Of a stretch of DNA of 64,000 nt, positions 12,753 to 26,100 are shown one piece after another; the first letter of the stretch is position 1, and the number at the start of each line of letters is the position of its first letter. The notes under the pieces were generated by a model. That model was not told where the DNA came from and did no database searches. It saw nothing but the letters and a program-made list of their open reading frames with translations. Position numbers and translations under genes: made by a program. Origin of the DNA: Antedon mediterranea (lineage: Eukaryota > Animalia > Echinodermata); NCBI RefSeq assembly GCF_964355755.1, contig NC_092676.1:4069888-4133887 (forward strand). The letters run 5' to 3'.

Positions 12753-15690
12753 GCAAAAAAAAATTTGTCTTTTTATAAAGTGAAAACATTATTTTTTTTC
12801 ACTTTTTTTTCCTACAGAAGTGAATAACTTTATTAAAATTACAAAATGGCCTATTCAAAGACTGATATAGGGGACAATTACATCTTTAAACAAAACATAT
12901 TTTTCAATAAACAAATATATAATTAATTGTCTATTTATTCATCTTTTAACAGGAACTTAGAGAACAACGCTATAACTATCATAGATGCTGAGGCATTCTC
13001 TTCTTTTGCTTCATCACTTTTAATTTTGTAAGTTAACATTATGTAATATATAATTTGCATGTTATTGCCTTCCTGAATGTCCACAACACATAATTACGAT
13101 GACTTGGTTTGTATCAGGATCAGGGGGACATTCCCCTTTGACTGCCTCAGTTGAATTATTTTTAACAATATTGGTGCGTGTGATTTACCACTAAATTAAA
13201 AAATGTTCCCCATTCCATATATCATACAGTAGATGCACACCTGAGAACACATGACTCCGCTACATGCTTATATAATCAGAGCAATGTGTAACTATTAAGC
13301 AATAGTAGAATTATAGAAGAAAGGATAATTGTAAAGCTTGGCACTCTTGCCCCTACCGGCATAAATGTACAATTTAGATCTTTTAAACATTAATTTTGCC
13401 AGAGACATTCACATATTAACAAAATTCACACTTGAAGTTTTTGTCTTTGTTTAAATGTCCTGCTTTATAAGCAACTATTTCTGCTTTGTACCCCAAAGCT
13501 TTTGGAGGCTTGCATTTATAACTATGCCTTTTGTTTTGTTAACATCTTTGATTGGCTGATTTGTTTTATTATGTAATTTTGTGAGTTATATATGTTATCC
13601 TTTGTTACAATTCTCTTCGCTATGCCCGAAACATGTCGTAAAAATAAACTTATATTGAGGCAGTTTTAGCTTACTTGATCTTGATTTTTTTCTATATCCT
13701 GCCTATATACAGCTCTTTGATTTATATTAAGCAATAGTGTTAGTTATCTTTACATGGTCATGTGACAAAACACCTTTCAAACTACTGAAGCTACCAAAAA
13801 CTAAAACTCTGTCTACACTATCAAACTAGTTCAAGAACAAAATGTGTCATGTGCCCAAATATGGTAGTAATATGACATAATCGTGTCCACATGGGCACAT
13901 CAAATTGTTTTCACATAAAGTTTGATAGTTTAGCTTTAACCTATTTTGTGTTGTTCACCCACACAAATCTAAATTATTATTCGCTCTGAATAGTATTATA
14001 ATATTAATATGTACATCATATATTAAGTAATGAAGGAATTAAAAAGTGTGAAAACAAACTTATTGAGTTTGAATTTATTGGTTTTTTTTTAGAAACTTAA
14101 AAGGTAACAAGTTACAGGTTTACAGGGACAGGACCTTTCAACAATTGATAAGCTTAAACGAATTGTAAGTAATGATTTATTAAAATTTGGGCAACCCAAG
14201 TAACTCCCTTGTAAAAATAAATTAATTTATAAAAAAAAAATATTTTACTAATCCCAAAACCATCTGTGAAAGACGGTTACCACACTCACTAGTTATACAA
14301 TCAACATGATGATTGTGGAAACTTACGATGATAAAGATCTGTCTTGTTTTTCAAAATTTAATTTTGCATGTTTTTTAAATTCACAAATGCGCCACTAAAT
14401 TTGTGCTTAAGTCACATGAGCATTCTGTTAATCTAGTCGCAGTGCAGGACTGGAAAAGAAAAGGGAGATACATAAACTTGAATTAGTTGCGTGTGGGTAT
14501 TTCAAGAATGCAGGTGGTTGACTAAAAAATGTGCACAAATTTCAAACCTTGAGAATGTTGGTTCTTGAGTATTTAAAAATTTCCCAAAATATAATAACAT
14601 TTTCTTTTAAGATACAACAAAATAATAACTTGGCACTTATTATGTTGCTATATTTGATTCTTTTAGGTACTCGGAATACTCTAGTCTCTGTTGCCTCGTT
14701 GGCGCCATCGATGTCTGCGAGCCTTCAGATGCATTTGCATCGTGTGAAGACTTGCTAAAAAATGAACTTCTCCGTGTGTTGATGATGATTATCGGGTTAT
14801 CTTCGGTTATTGGGAATGTTGTTGTTATCGTTTCACGAAAGTTTAAAAAAGATAATGATATTAACAATGTTAACAAAGTCCAAACTACACTTATCACCAA
14901 CCTCGCCGTGTCTGACCTGCTGATGGCAGTCTACCTGATCATCATTGCCAGTGTGGATATACATTACAGAGGAAGATACGGAAAGGTTTCCAGAGTTTGG
15001 AGAAATAGTGTCCTTTGCAGTTTTGCAGGGGCTATTTCTACACTCTCTGGGCAATGTTCAGTGTTTACACTGATGCTGCTTAGTGTGGATCGAGCTATTA
15101 ACATTGTTAATCCATTTAGTACGAAACGCCTCAATCGTACAAAATGTCGAATCATTATCAGCTTCGGATGGCTATTCTGGATTGTGCTGAGTTTTCTTCC
15201 AGTGACAGCCAATGAATTAAGCTTATCGTATTTTGGTGACAATTATTATGGAAAGGAAAGTGTGTGCCTTGCACTACCTTTAACCAGAAGTCGGTGGCCA
15301 GGTTGGGAGTATGCTGTTGCCATTTTTGTTGCCTTTAATGGCGTCGGCTTTTTTGTAATTGTACTTAGTTATCTGACAATTTTCTTGTCAGTGAAGAGAT
15401 CGGGGGCCACTGTCAACAGAAGACAGCAGAGAAAAGAACAGTTAAAAATGGCGAGAAAACTAGGCCTGATAGTTTTCACTGATTTCTGTTGCTGGGCCCC
15501 GATTATAGTAATGGCAATTGGTTCCGAGACGGGTTGGATGACGATTCCTGATGAAATATATGTTTGGGCAGCGACATTCATCATACCCATCAACTCCTCA
15601 GTCAATCCGTATCTTTACACAATTGCTTATATGTTTAAGTGCAAAGTGCGTCAACCGGCACCTGTACAGATTCCACTTAATACATTGTAA
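1..15690 (+). CDS. LRR-containing GPCR (GRL101/RXFP-like LGR), 5'-incomplete multi-exon gene
   Basis: GT-AG bounded phase-2 LRR exons at <1-35, 420-491, 6291-6368, 11287-11358, 11840-11911, 12343-12414, 12953-13027 and 14093-14164 (72/75/78 nt; e.g. LDNNQIRKLPANVFNGLTALTEL). Terminal exon 14667-15690 encodes the hinge CC...SCEDLL and a 7TM domain (NLAVSDLLM, LSVDR, VCLALP, FTDFCCWAPI, PINSSVNPYLY). Confidence 0.9.
1919..3363 (-). mobile_element. Non-autonomous Helitron, copy 1
   Basis: Minus strand begins TCTATATATAAAT, ends with hairpin GATGGTACGC-GAGCGAAGCGA-GCGTACCATC and CTAG. Inserted between A and T with no TSD. Homologous to 31802-32961. Confidence 0.8.
4137..4212 (+). pseudogene. Possible decayed LRR exon inside an LGR intron
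   Basis: After ttcag reads LSGTTITTVFLKTN*FTAIAALLH, which resembles LxxNxIxxL..N.F..L..L..L but has an in-frame TAG and no good donor. Confidence 0.35.
4566..5298 (-). mobile_element. Helentron-associated (HINE/DINE-1-like) elements, family A: a short copy (~4566-4682) plus a longer one
   Basis: AGTCGCGT...ACGCGACT terminal palindrome, (GACC/GACA)n microsatellite and AACAAGGCC end. These are the same termini as 5561-6265, in inverted orientation. Confidence 0.65.
5561..6265 (+). mobile_element. HINE/DINE-1-like element, family A
   Basis: 5' TTTTAGTCGCGTGGACGCGACT, then (GTCG/GTCT)n, 3' subTIR CACGCGACT, hairpin GCCAT-ctat-ATGGC and end CTTGTT. Confidence 0.7.
6820..8311 (+). mobile_element. 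HINE-like element, family B, inserted in the LINE
   Basis: 5' palindrome AGGTTATATGCA-tgata-TGCATATAACCT, (TTTA)n tract, 3' subTIR ATGCATATAACCTA, hairpin TAATTCGTCA-tag-TGACGAATTA and end CTAGT. Splits the LINE at a TT site. Confidence 0.7.
9481..10567. mobile_element. Non-autonomous Mutator-like (MULE) element nested in the LINE RT
   Basis: ~90-bp TIRs GGGTGTCAC...GTGACACCC. 10-bp TSD CTGCGTGGTT at 9471-9480 and 10568-10577. The LINE reading frame resumes after it. Confidence 0.85.
13804..13938. mobile_element. PIF/Harbinger-like MITE copy (degenerate)
   Basis: CTCTGTCTACACTATCAAACT end and GTGCCCAAATATGG core shared with other copies. Confidence 0.6.
14667..15690 (+). CDS. Terminal hinge + 7TM exon of the LGR
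   Basis: Acceptor ttttag at 14661-14666, open frame YSEYSSLCCLVGAIDVCEPSDAFASCEDLLKNE... to TAA. Corresponds to ORF 14752-15690. Confidence 0.93.
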
Positions 15691-17160
15691 TTTGGCTATT
15701 TATTGAATTCAATCTTTGATCAGAGAGTTTCAATTAATTAACTCTCTGCTTTGATCTTGTTTTATTCACATTTTTATCTACTGTAGACCTGTAAACTTTT
15801 TACTAATATCATTTAAAATCATTTTCTTGTACAATTCATATTTTTGTTTGCGCTAAAAAAGAATTTATTTATGTCAAGATTGTAGAAAGTTAATGAATTC
15901 ATCAATGTAGTTTGATAATTTTAATAAGATTTCAGTATATTTATATGCCCATTTAAATTATTCATCAATGTATTTTGGTAATTTTTTTTATAATTGTCAA
16001 GATTTTAGTATATAATTCATTCAATTTATTTTTAAGTTTTGCCATGATTATATTATATATTATTTGTAATTTCATTATTGATATGTGGATGTTTCATAGA
16101 TTCAAACTAATTTATTCATTAATAGTTGTAAATTATTGTTAATTGGTAACTAGTTTGGTGAATAACGCGAGTTTTATCTAAACCATCTATGGTAATTTGG
16201 TTTTTATAAATATTTTTTGTCTGAAAAACTTTTAGTATCTTCTAAATACATAAGTCAATCTAGTCAAGTTTTAGTTTAAACAATGTTAGGAGTTAAGTAC
16301 TCCATTAAACATGGTTAAAGTTGTCTAACATTGTTTGAAACATGAAAAGAAATCTGATTTTATCAATAAAGTAAAATTAAATAATATTTGTTGAATCCCA
16401 GTATTTCATTTTTGTTTGGGAATTTATAAATGCGACAGCCAATTCGTAAACTTCCATTGGTGACAATATGACCAACTTTTACTTTCAAAACTTTAAAATA
16501 TTAATACTGGAAATGAATGTTTCATGAGGACTACTTCTAAAAGCAAAATTTATATGGCTACGACCTATGACAGACAATTTTGAAAGACTTGATTTGGTGT
16601 TTTATACAGATAAGAAAATGGCAGCCATTTTGAAGTATATTTTAACCCATCTTGGATTTTAAAAAGTTGATCAATTTATTTTTTAAACATCTCCAGTGAT
16701 TTTCTTGCAAAATATATGTTTTAATGACTATAGTTGAACAAGCATTTGCCAAAATCGGATGCTTTAATACTGATATTTGGGTAAAATTGAGAGAAAACGG
16801 CTATATTAGTTATCTGCAAATTAGCAATTTTTCTTCCTTTTCTCCTTGATATATGGTTCAGATGGGTCTTACTGTTAGGAGCACAACAAAAATAAATTCT
16901 GTTCTAATTTTGTCTAGGTCAAACCGTAGTTTGACCGGACTAATGAAAGGTCTTTCACACCTTCTCCAGTCTGGTGTGGCAAATTAAACCATGTCTCAAT
17001 GTTTCATTTTCACGACGAAAACGCGATCAGTGCGTAGTCGCATGTCTCGTGTAAACGAATCATGCATGGAAAGCAGCCAGCAGAACATGATGAAAAGGAA
17101 TTACAATATTACATTATTATACTAACATTTTAAAATGAAAATTGTGTTTAAATAGAAAAA

Positions 17161-20100
17161 TTAAGAATTAGTCACAAAGGTTAACAATTGAGGCTTAAAC
17201 ATTGTATACATATGCCAGTCCTCAGTTGCTGTTAAATCTATTGAGTTGATTGTTTTATACATATTAATTGCTGGTTTATTCCAACCCAGCACTGCCCACT
17301 GCATTCTCTGGCAACCTTTCTCTAAACCAATCTGAAAAAATAAGAATGTTGTTATATGAGTTAGAAATTATTTATATTATTATTTATTTATATTTTGCAG
17401 TCTGGCTTGCTCTATGTGTGTGTGTGTCAGACTGAGAATGAAACACAATAGATGATATAATGATTTGGATAAATATTTATTCTGAAAAGTCCCGTGAGCA
17501 CGGATCACGGCAAAATAGAAAATATACCTATTGGGATAAGTGATTAAGTAGAAAATACTGGGATGCTACAAAAGCCAATGGATGCCACTGAAATGGCATC
17601 CAGCTGCCCAGCAAGTGAGGCGTGGTATCGGGACTTTTCAGAACAAAAAATGTGTTGAGCTATAATGCGCACAATAATGATTATAATGCGCCTACAAGTG
17701 TAGAGCGCGTAATTGCACTGGTGGTCTATTTGGTATAAAATACTTTAGAAAATAAAAGCTACGATGCAACTATAAGTGTAGAGCGCGCAATGACACTGGT
17801 GGTGTCTGTTATAAAATAATTCGGACAATAACACTATAATTCGCCTACAAACATAGAAGGCGTAATGACACTGGTGGGCTATTTGATATAAACTAGGTCA
17901 AGATAAAGTCATTAACAATATGAGAAAGCTGCTGTTGTGCTGACGCATAAAGATCTCCTGTGGCCTGACCCATGTCATTTGATTCTACGTCTACTATAAT
18001 GAATGTGTGGTTTATTTATTACTCGCTTAAACAGTATGGGTAGGTCAGAAATGTGTATACCCTGTTTGCCTACAATAACCACATCAGTGTTAGGCTAGTC
18101 AATCTAGCAAAAAAAAAACAGCCCAAAGTGAAACAAATTGCAAACAGAGATTTTTCTTTTTTAAATGGTCATATATGATGAGGAGATCAAAATTTGAGCA
18201 TCACACCTCTGTCACTCATTCCGATGATATGCAAATTAGCTTAAATATGCAAATTAGGGTGAAATTACAGGGTTACCATATCTCAAAAACTACTAGTCCG
18301 AGAGAGTTGATTTTTTCACTGATCTATTCACAATGTATATATTTATATTTACTCTAATGAAACATTTTACGAAAAAATGACCGGAAGTACAACATTTGAC
18401 CTTCGACCCCATTTCTCAATGTTTGCATATACAATGTGACTAAAATGTCTGTAGAGACTTTATTTTGCCCTCAAATGACCCAGACATGGGTTCCTAATAG
18501 CCAGCATAGGATCTCTTTGTAATTCCCAAAATCACACCTTTGTCACACACCTCGAAAGTATGCAAATTAGTAGTACAATTTAAATAAAATATGCAAATAA
18601 GGGGAAAAAATTACAGTTGTCCTATATCTCGAAAACCACTAAATGCTAGAGAGCTGATTTTTTCACAGCAGTATTCAGAATGAACATATTTCTATTTGCT
18701 CCAATGAAACATTTTACAAAACATTGACCGGAAGTATGACATTTGACCCTCGACCCCATTTCTCAATATTGCATATAAATGAAACTAAAATGTCTGTAGA
18801 GACTTTGTTTTTCCCTCAAATGACTCCGATACAGGTTTCTAATAGCCAACATAGGACTGTTTAGTAGATCTCAAAATCACACCTGTATCACTCACCTCCA
18901 AAGTATGCAAATTATTAGTACAAGTTACATGAAATATGCAAATTAGAGGGTGAAATTAAAGGTTCCTATATATCGAAAACCACTAAGGCTAGAGAGTTGA
19001 TTTTTTTCAATAACTTGTTCAGAATGTACATATTTATATTTACTCTAATGAAACATTTTACGAAAAAATGACCGGAAATACAACAATTGACCCTCGACCC
19101 CATTTATCAATGTTTGCATACATAATGCGACTAAAATTTCTGTAGAGACTTTGTTTTGGACTCAAATAACTCGGATACATGTTTCCTATAGTCAGCATTC
19201 GTGAGGTTAATTTCCCGATTGATCGAAATCAAAACGGTACTGGGTATGGTCTACTAGTTTTTCTGCTCCCAACCAGTACATCCATTCATAGAAGCTTTGA
19301 TGAAGTAAGCCTACCTGGTGGTAACCATAGAACGGTTCCGAGATAACGACTATACTTCGGCTTTAGTCGACAGAAGTTTGAAAAAATTGTTAGAGATAGC
19401 AGGCCCGTAGCCAGGGGGGGTTTTTATGGTTCGGGCGAACCCCCCCTTTACAGCGAACCCCCCTTAACCGACTGCGAACCCCCATCCCCGACATGCCCAA
19501 TACCTCACCCTCATCTCCGAAAATCGTCCAAATACGTGCCCCACAGTACAAAAAGTTGTTCGTAAATTAAAAAATTCGTAAACTCGTTCGGAATAACTCA
19601 TACAGTACCTTCTTCCCTGTATGAGCGTACTTCGAGCGATATAGTCTGTAAAGAGTTGCAAATGAATTGCGGATTTTAACCTGAAAAATAAATGTTTGGT
19701 CCCTGCATGTAACATGATATTGACGCGTCTCACAGCGAGCTGGGGGACGAACGATTCGTACAAAGGACACCGCCAGACAACTGCGTACCAATTGTTTAGA
19801 TCACTGGCAGTCAGGCAGCATGCATAAAGTATATAGCCTTCCGACATACATCAGTATTTATGTGTGGCTATGAAGTATAATTATATCATAGAGGATTATA
19901 GTGAATATTAATATTTTACACTATAATATCTATGGTATCATGTACTGTAGTTCACATTATGGCATCCGATTATTTTTTTCTAGACCACCAGCCGATACGT
20001 AGGCCTACTCAAATGTATCAATATCACCTATTTACATTGGCATATTTAATTTCCTCAACAAATTGCTGTAAATAAATATTATAGATAGAGCTGTAATAAG

Positions 20101-23100
20101 AATTGCATTTGCCTTCACCCAGTGTGCTTTTTTCGGGGCTTCTCCTAGACGTACGTTCGCATTGAACTTGAACGCAAAACAAAATATCGAGTAAATGATC
20201 AAACAATCGGCGGTTCCGCACAGAGCACGCGCATCTAACGAGTCCAAGTACGATCGATCGTTTTGCTCATTGGTAGCATGCTGCATGAGAGTGTCTTTTC
20301 CGGCCATCTAGGGGTGTCATTTAACAAAATTTGCTTCGCCTCAGGCTCCACCCCAGGTGGGGGAGGGGGGGGGGGGGAGGTGGGTAGGGGTAGGTATGGG
20401 GGTGGGGGTGACCCAAATACTTAGTGTGCGAACCCCCCCTTGACAGATCCTGGCTACGGCCCTGGATAGAGTATACGATGTTTGATTACGTACGTGTAGA
20501 TGTGTGATTTGTTCTTTTTATTCAAATGATGTTATGTATTTAATAATATTCGTGAGGTTAATTTCCCGATTGATCGAAATCAAAACGGTACTGGGTATGG
20601 TCTACTAGTTTTTCTGTTCCCAACCAGTACATCCATTCATAGAAGCTTTGATGAAGTAAGCCTACCTGGTGGTAACCATAGAACGGTTCCGCGATAACGA
20701 CTATACTTCGGCTTTAGTCGACAGAAGTTTGAAAAAATTGTTAGAGATAGAGTATACGATGTTTGATTACGTACGTGTAGATGTGTGATTTGTTCTTTTT
20801 ATTCAAATGATGTTATGTATTACTTTTTTAAAGCAAAAATGTATAATTTTGGCAAAAAAATCAGCAAAATCTGTGATATGCAATATTTATTATGTTAATT
20901 AAGACAAGAAGCCATAATTATTTTTTTTTTACCCAATATATACTAGAAATAATGTGTAAACTACATGTGCTTGTGAAAAGGCAAACATAAGTTATTAACG
21001 ATTACGTTTGGGTACTTGTAGCAGGGATTTAATAATGTTTAGTAAAATTGTGAAGTTGAGGGCGCTATTTATGTAAGATACAGGTACTCTATTTTCGGTT
21101 GTAACTCATTAAATACATAACCGTTTATGATGAAAATTGATTTATTTTATAGATAATTAAACCTTCTTTCTTATTAATTATTTAAAAGTTATGTTAGATA
21201 ATAAATACCTATGAAAAATGTGCAAAAATCAACAAAAAAATTGAGCCTCATTTCTAAAGAACAATATCATACTCAAACTCAGAACATGGTGTAGTTGGGG
21301 AGCCAGAAAGGGGTTACCTGCAACCTCTAGCAAACTATGCCAACAATTTTTTTTGCTTCCTTATATCAAAACAATTTTTTGCTATTGGCCGAAAAAAATT
21401 GGGATGCTTGGTCAGTACAGGGGCCAAAATGTCAATATGGTCAAAGTTAAGACTGTGCGTAACTTGGTAAGTACTGGGTGTATTGGAATATTACGGGTCT
21501 GTGAGATCCAAGGAGGTGTCTCATGCTCGCCCCTAGCCCATGTTTGAGGGTAAATGAGTCCGCCAAACCGCTGAACTATGGCCTATAATTTCTTATTTTT
21601 GGCGGCAATGTTTCTGCCTTAGGCGTAGCCATAATGGTGGTCAATCAGTCAGAATATAATGTATGAATATATATTTCTGTAAATCAATTTTTAAGATACT
21701 TTATTAGCCTACTTATACCATGAACATTAAGTGTTAAAGTAAAATTTGTGACGAAAAACTATTGTCGGGTATAATTTAAAAAGTGAAAAAAGAATTAAAC
21801 TTTAAGAACCTGAGCACAAGCGTGCGTTGCGACTGGCAATGATTTAGAAAAGGGTGTTATATTATTTATTTATATTAATTATTCACGTTTTTCAGTTATT
21901 TTTTGACATAATTACCTCAGCAACCCTTCTCATCAAAATTCTTCCGTAACCTCTTTCTATAAAATTTAAGCAAAGAATAACATTGATATTTTCTTTTTTG
22001 GTGACATGCTATTGACTTTTTATTGAAATTTGGCTTATATTACCAGAAAGCATTTTTAAAATATTAAAACCATTTTTTTGGTTTTGGTTGGATTTCAACT
22101 AAGAATGTTCAGTTTCCGCAGAAAAAAATAATAATAACATAGTTAGAAATACACATCACTTTAATTTTAACTGATTGCAACCAATCAAAATCTTGGGATG
22201 CATTCACATACATTAAAGGTCAGTTAGAAGTAGGTCATAGGTCAGTTAGTAGGTCATTTACCTCTGAACTCTTTCATGATATATAGGTCTTCCATATAAA
22301 CCACCTTTCCCTTCCAAGTACTGTATGTATAGAAGAAAACACTGTAACCAATTACTTCAAATATCTCTACTTCTGGTCTTTTATATTCCGCTACTATGCA
22401 AGACACAATGCTTCCTGGCTCAAATATATCCTTCTGTAGACCTGAAAAAAAACAAGAGTTTTAACAAGTTCAATAAACATCTCACAGGAAAGCTACATTT
22501 CAGAAAACAAGTGTGCAAGTGGGCGCTTATAGATAGATAGATAGATAAATCTGCGCCGTTGATACTAAATTGGATCTTCCTATGTTTACATTACAGCAGG
22601 GTCATACTATAAGTTGGTTCCAGTCCGTGCGTAAGACCCAGTAGTCATATGTAACCCGAGTTTCTAGCAAGAAACTAAAATTTCCAAGAAGTATTAAATA
22701 ATCAAATCAAGGAAAACGCCTTATAAATTAAAATGTAGATTTATTCCTTTGACATCAACTTGTCAGAATTTACATAACCAATATTATTTATTCACAAGAT
22801 AAAACATTAAAGTGTCCACAAAACTAAAAGTTTATATTAAAATTGAGTCTTCAGTTGAAACAATTCCGACTTGAAAGGTTCCACAGTAGAGTAAATGTTA
22901 TCAACGAAATGTTCCGACCAATGGTGTAATAATTGCAATAATGATTCGTAAATTTCAAAAGTAGTGTTTTCTCATCTAAGAAAAGAGAAAATATATACAT
23001 ATACTATATAACTATAAAACAATTTAAATCAAATATCATTTGGTACATAATTAAAATACCACAATGTTTGCAAAATAACCTAGGCTATGATAGACAATTA

Positions 23101-26100
23101 AACAAAATAAAACATAATCCGTCAATACCGCCAGGTTCGATTAACACTGATTGGTATATGATTATTCACACTACTCATTAAAACATTAGTTACATTATAT
23201 AGTTAGAGGTACTTCGTTTGGTAAGTATGCTAATACTTGATACCAATATAACTACATTGCAACTCAATGGATAATAGCAATAGCTATTCAAACGTGTGTC
23301 TATCAACATATTAACCTGACTATTATAAACTCAGGATGGTTAATGCAGCGCATCCATTCAATAAACTAAATTATAAACTAAAAGGTAATTAAAGGTATAA
23401 AAATAAATGTCGCATAAAGCGGAAATCAAAAATAAGTGTATAATACAATAGTCTCAATTCTACAATCACACTCCAATTGTCTCTAGGTCAATCAATACCA
23501 AGAGTGTACTGCCATCTAGTAAATGACCCACATTTACCAGAATCGTCCTGATACACTCATACAATTAAAAGTATTAGCAAAAGCAAGTTAATCACTTCAA
23601 GACCCTTTAACTTAAAACGGGAGAGAACAATGTGTGATTGCAGAACCTTACTTTACAGTAACATAAATTACCAAGCGCAATTGCAAATGGTATCACAAAA
23701 GTTATAAAATATAATCAAAAAGTTAAGTATCACATAACTAATCTAAAGCATTGAGCCAATGCAAACATAATGCATAAACCTAATCTTCATAAGCTTAAAT
23801 CTCAAATTAAGTTATATTAACAAATTTGTTAAACATAAAATAATACAATTGATAGTTCTTACCTAAGAAAAGAGCCAAAATATGAAAAAGTGACTTCCTT
23901 TAAAGTTGTTAAAAATGTATAGATGTTTCTTGTGAGCAGGCACAAGTGGAAGTGAGGTATAATCATCAGAAATGAAGATAATCACCTTAGTTGCCTAGCA
24001 ACTTGGCAAAACACATTCCTTACTTCCCAAACATTTGTCACTATGACCCACTTGGGGTAACCTTTGTTGCAATTAAGCTGCATTCTTTTCTACTGACCTA
24101 TAAACTATATTTATATACAGTACATTGTAAAAACAGATACATTCAAATGAAAAAAATCAAACAGAAAGATATAAGAAAGATATAAATGGTAAAAATATAT
24201 TCATAAAAATCATAGGGTTACAACCTCCCCTCTTGAACTCTGCGTTGTCCCTAACGCACTTAGAGAATTTGCCAGACCATAGAGACTGGTGGCTACTCTG
24301 CTATACCAGGTTGGATTTCCAAGATGATCATAGTTGAGTCTTCGAGGCACTTGACGGTTTCTGACTGGCCTGCTGTATTCCTCCGTTTCTACAGTGATGT
24401 CGTCACCTTGTTCTGTAACACTTTCTGGTTCATTGGTTGTTTGATCACCATCATCAGACTCGGACCTCGTTGTTGTGTTAGTATCACCACTAGCTGTGTC
24501 TGCAGTTTCTACAGGCACTTCAGTATTGTTTTCACACTGAACTTGCTCCTCTTGTCCACTACTAAAATCTGTGATTCTCTTTATAAGTGTTCTAGGCGTG
24601 TATTCAGAGGCATCCGTATTTGGAAATGTAGAAGATACTATTATAGGCCTACTTGGAGTTTCTTGTAGATACGGTGGTGTAAGTGAACCAGCTATGCTGC
24701 TATCCTCTATTTCAGAATTATCATTTTGTACAGGAGTAGCATTGAGAACATCAATGTGCTCAGTTTCACTGGCCTGATCATTTGCATTATCTACAGGAAC
24801 TGATATAGTTACATCTACAACAGATTCATCATCTTCATCACTGGAACAAGAATTTTCATTCTCGGTTGTATTCTTTGTTTGTGATCGGGTTTTTGGTCTT
24901 CTAGCCTTTTCTGGAACTGGACTGGGTAGTCTCACTTCTGTGATGTAACCAACAGGAAGAATATGATCCCGATGCAAAGTTTTAGCTTGTTCATTACCTT
25001 TTTCTGGTTTAAGTCTGTAAACTGGAAGGTCTGCAAATTTCTCTATAATAATAAATGGTTCAGGTTTCCAACGGTCTGCAAGCTTATTCTTTCCTTTAAG
25101 TCCTAAGTTTCTGACTAGAACTCAGTCTCCTGGTTGCAGAACTGCATTAGCTATACGGACTTTCTTATCGTACCTCCTTTTGTTAGCATGCCCAGCCTTT
25201 TCTGACTCATTTCGTGCCATATCATAAGCTTTCTCAAGACCTTGACGAAGATCTTCCACATATTTGCTATGACTACGATTTTGGTTTCCATCAGGGTGCA
25301 AGTCGAAACAAATATCAACGGGCAAGCGAGCTTCCCTTCCAAACATAAGAAAGTAGGGTGAAAATCCGGTACTGTCATGCTTCGTGCAATTATATGCATG
25401 CACTAACGAGCTGACATGCTTACTCCAATTTACTTTCTTTTCATTTTCTAATGTTCCCAGCATGTTTAATAGTGTTCGGTTAAATCTCTCAGGTTGTGGA
25501 TCTCCTTGTGGGTGATAAGGAGTGGTATGTGATTTGTGAATTCCTAATAGACCAGTGAGTTCTTTGATCACTTTACTTTCAAATTCTGGTCCTTGATCAG
25601 AGTGGAGCCTTTTTGGTAGCCCATAGTGTTGAAAGTATTGTTGCCATAATACCTTCGCAACTGTAAGTGCTGTTTGGTCCTTTGTCGGAAAAGCTTGGGC
25701 ATACCTGGTGAAATGATCGGTCACTACCAGTATCGACTTCTTACCACTGCTATCTGGCTCAAGAGACAGAAAGTCCATACAGACCAACTCCATAGGTCCA
25801 TTTGTTTTAATATTGTGTAGCGGTGCACTTTTTGAAGGCAAAGATTTACGTGCTAGGCAACGACCACAATGCTTGACCCACTCTACCACCTCTGTTGACA
25901 TCTTCGGCCAATAGAATCTCTCTCTAACTAACGCTACTGTGCGTTCAGTGCCATGATGTCCTAAGTCATTATGGAGCATTGTCAAAGCCTTCACTCGGTA
26001 AGCCTTTGGTAAAAGGAGTTGTTCAATTTTACTACCGTCTTGAGGTCTGGTAATAATACGGTACAGTACATTATCTTTCAATGTTAATTTGGCATATTCT

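Noticed and set aside
14640-15605. Antisense ORFs over the GPCR exon (and similar ones over gag/pol)
   Set aside because: They are shadow frames of a real coding exon.
23991-24185. Duplicated 64-aa gene (also 31530-31724)
   Set aside because: It is duplicated only because it lies in the LTR. It starts at TTG and has no recognisable domain.
24210-24977. Separate env-like third ORF
   Set aside because: It is in frame with pol across a single TGA and has no signal peptide or TM segment. It is the integrase C-terminal tail.
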